DNA of 32,000 nucleotides, from positions 600,001 to 632,000 of the forward strand of contig NC_015067.1 in the NCBI RefSeq assembly GCF_000196555.1, in the 5' to 3' direction. Positions 30,313 to 32,000 of this stretch are shown one piece after another; within the stretch, counting starts at the first letter, position 1, and each line of letters starts with the position of its first letter. A model generated the notes under the pieces. It made no database searches. It was not told the origin of the DNA and was given only the letters and a program-made list of their open reading frames with translations. Made by a program: the position numbers and the translations under genes. This DNA comes from Bifidobacterium longum subsp. longum JCM 1217. GTDB taxonomy: Bacteria; Actinomycetota; Actinomycetes; Actinomycetales; Bifidobacteriaceae.

Positions 30313-31950
30313 ATGACGAACCAGACTTTCGAACAACTGAAGAAGACTTACGAATCCGGTCGTACCCGGCCGCTGGCATGGCGCCGCGCGCAGCTGAACG
30401 CACTACGCCGTCTGGTTACGGAGAACCGTGATGCCTTTGTCTCCTCGGCTATGGCTGACTTGGGCAAGCCCGCGGCTGAAACCGTGCTCATGGAACTGAA
30501 CCTGGTGGCTGGTGAAGCACAGTTCGTGCGCAATCGTCTGAGCCTTTGGACCGCCCGGCATCCCAAAGCGATGCATTGGATGTTGCAGCCGGCTGCCGGA
30601 TGGACGATTGCCGAGCCCAAAGGCGTGGTGCTCATCATTTCACCGTGGAATTATCCGGTGCTGCTGGCCTTGGAACCAATGGCTGATGCGCTCGCTGCCG
30701 GTAACGCCGTCTGCTTGAAACCGTCCGAGCTTTCACCGAATACGTCCAAGCTCCTTGCTGAGTTGGTGCCGCAATACCTTGACTCCGAGGCCGTGCGCGT
30801 GGTCGAAGGCGGGCCCAAGGAAACCGGCGAACTGCTGAAATGCCCGTTCAACCACATCTTCTATACCGGTGGCGGCCACGTCGGCAAAATCGTCATGCGC
30901 GCGGCGGCCGAGCATCTGACGCCGGTCACGCTGGAACTCGGCGGCAAGTCGCCATGCTTTGTGGATCGCACTGCGGACATCAATGTGGCTGCACGCCGCA
31001 TTGCGTGGGGCAAATTCACCAATGCCGGGCAGACTTGCGTGGCACCCGACTATGTGCTCGCCACGCCGGATGTGGCCGAGGCTCTGGCCGAGCGCATCGC
31101 CGTAGCCATCACCGAATTCTATGGCGAAGATCCGAAGGCCTCGCCTGATTTTGGTCGTATTATCAACGATCGTCATTTTGAACGACTGTGCAAGCTATTG
31201 CCGGTCGGCACCGTGCCGCCTGAGGAGCCGAGCTCGCCGCTGGTGCAGGTGGCATCGGCGGTAGGCGCGGCCATGGATATGGTTGGGCGGCGCTTCAATG
31301 CCGTGACTACTGGGCGCGGTGGCGCGGGGGAGATGGCCGGCAGCGCGAACAATGCGGCGAAGCCGACGGCCGGTTCGAATATGGCAGCCGCTGATGATGG
31401 TGCGACTGCCTCGGCCGCTGTTGAGCCGAGCGAGATTCACAAGGTGCCCGGCGTGTTCGACCTGGCCGGTCGAATCGTTTGCGGCGGCAAGGTCGATCGT
31501 GCCGCCCGGTATATCGCGCCTACCGTGCTGTACGGTACGTCGCCAGATGCGCCAGTAATGAAGGAGGAGATTTTCGGGCCGATTCTGCCGATTCTGGTGG
31601 TCGAGGATGCCGAGTCCGCAATCCGATTCATCAACAAGCGGTCCCGGCCGTTGGCTGCATATGTGTTCTCGCGCGATCACGAGGTTCGGCTGACTTTCGA
31701 ACGTCAGACCAGCTCCGGAGCCTTGGGATATTCGCTGCCGTTGGGCCATCTGCTGTCCAGCCGGTTGCCGTTCGGTGGCGTGGGCGCGTCCGGCATCGGC
31801 ACCTACCACGGCAAAGCAGGCTTCCTCACCTTCAGCCACGTCAAAACCGTGGTTACCAAGCCGCAGTTCCCCGACACTCTGCGCCTCGTGTACCCGCCCT
31901 TCAATGAAGCCAAGGCCAAACTGTTCGACATCATCGCCAAATTCAGCTAG
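30313..31950 (+). CDS. Aldehyde dehydrogenase, class-3-like (NAD(P)+), with internal low-complexity insertion
   Basis: Motifs ISPWNYP, LELGGKSP (catalytic Glu), NAGQTCVAPDY (catalytic Cys) and EEIFGPILPI. ATG 30313 is preceded by AGGGGG, which sits in the loop of a small hairpin (AAAGCA-GGGGG-TGCTTT). 545 aa. Confidence 0.92.
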   Translation: MTNQTFEQLKKTYESGRTRPLAWRRAQLNALRRLVTENRDAFVSSAMADLGKPAAETVLMELNLVAGEAQFVRNRLSLWTARHPKAMHWMLQPAAGWTIAEPKGVVLIISPWNYPVLLALEPMADALAAGNAVCLKPSELSPNTSKLLAELVPQYLDSEAVRVVEGGPKETGELLKCPFNHIFYTGGGHVGKIVMRAAAEHLTPVTLELGGKSPCFVDRTADINVAARRIAWGKFTNAGQTCVAPDYVLATPDVAEALAERIAVAITEFYGEDPKASPDFGRIINDRHFERLCKLLPVGTVPPEEPSSPLVQVASAVGAAMDMVGRRFNAVTTGRGGAGEMAGSANNAAKPTAGSNMAAADDGATASAAVEPSEIHKVPGVFDLAGRIVCGGKVDRAARYIAPTVLYGTSPDAPVMKEEIFGPILPILVVEDAESAIRFINKRSRPLAAYVFSRDHEVRLTFERQTSSGALGYSLPLGHLLSSRLPFGGVGASGIGTYHGKAGFLTFSHVKTVVTKPQFPDTLRLVYPPFNEAKAKLFDIIAKFS

Positions 31951-32000
31951 CGTGATATCGCTCGCTGATATTGGGTGATGGCGTTGTCATAGTGACGTTC

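Overview
This is a roughly 60% GC chromosomal segment. Its gene content and order (alr-dgt-dnaG, pdxS-pdxT-pdxR, purE-purK) look like core genome of a Bifidobacterium-type actinobacterium; that taxonomic call is inference from protein motifs and synteny only. I support about 25 protein-coding genes, several with starts corrected from the raw ORF track, plus one tRNA-Arg(TCT), several intrinsic-terminator-like hairpins and a few repeat or operator candidates. The genes are:
- Left end to about 12 kb: a partial APC amino-acid permease, alanine racemase, a dGTPase-like HD protein, DNA primase, PLP synthase PdxS/PdxT, a MocR/PdxR-like regulator, an isoaspartyl peptidase/asparaginase and an ArsB/NhaD-type permease.
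- About 12-17 kb: a GH51 alpha-L-arabinofuranosidase with a divergent RpiR regulator, and an HATPase_c_4/wHTH regulator.
- About 17-24 kb: a three-gene MacB-type ABC operon (ATPase, CARDB-like anchored protein, FtsX permease), a divergent DXS-like ThDP enzyme and an MDR oxidoreductase.
- About 24-32 kb: purE, purK, a Fur-family regulator, an orphan ZnuA/TroA-type lipoprotein, an LtaS/sulfatase-family membrane protein and a class-3-like aldehyde dehydrogenase.

I see no rRNA, CRISPR array, transposase, integrase, phage gene or recognisable defence/toxin module. I could not identify a convincing novel multi-gene system. The most unusual observations are small-scale:
1. A perfect 30-nt inverted copy of the internal part of tRNA-Arg lies 112 nt downstream of that segment.
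2. A 132-nt composite palindrome built from four alternating motif copies sits between alr and dgt.
3. A self-contained 40-codon ORF has a strong SD and a 23-bp terminator stem.
4. An AT-rich 11-mer is shared between the purE-purK-fur promoter region and the metal-SBP promoter, making it a candidate Fur-family operator.
5. Inverted CGGATTGGAT repeats upstream of pdxS are a candidate PdxR operator.
6. A 41-nt perfect palindrome encodes the C-terminus of the LtaS-like gene.
7. Several conserved enzymes carry low-complexity insertions.

The many long ORFs antisense to these genes are high-GC shadow ORFs.
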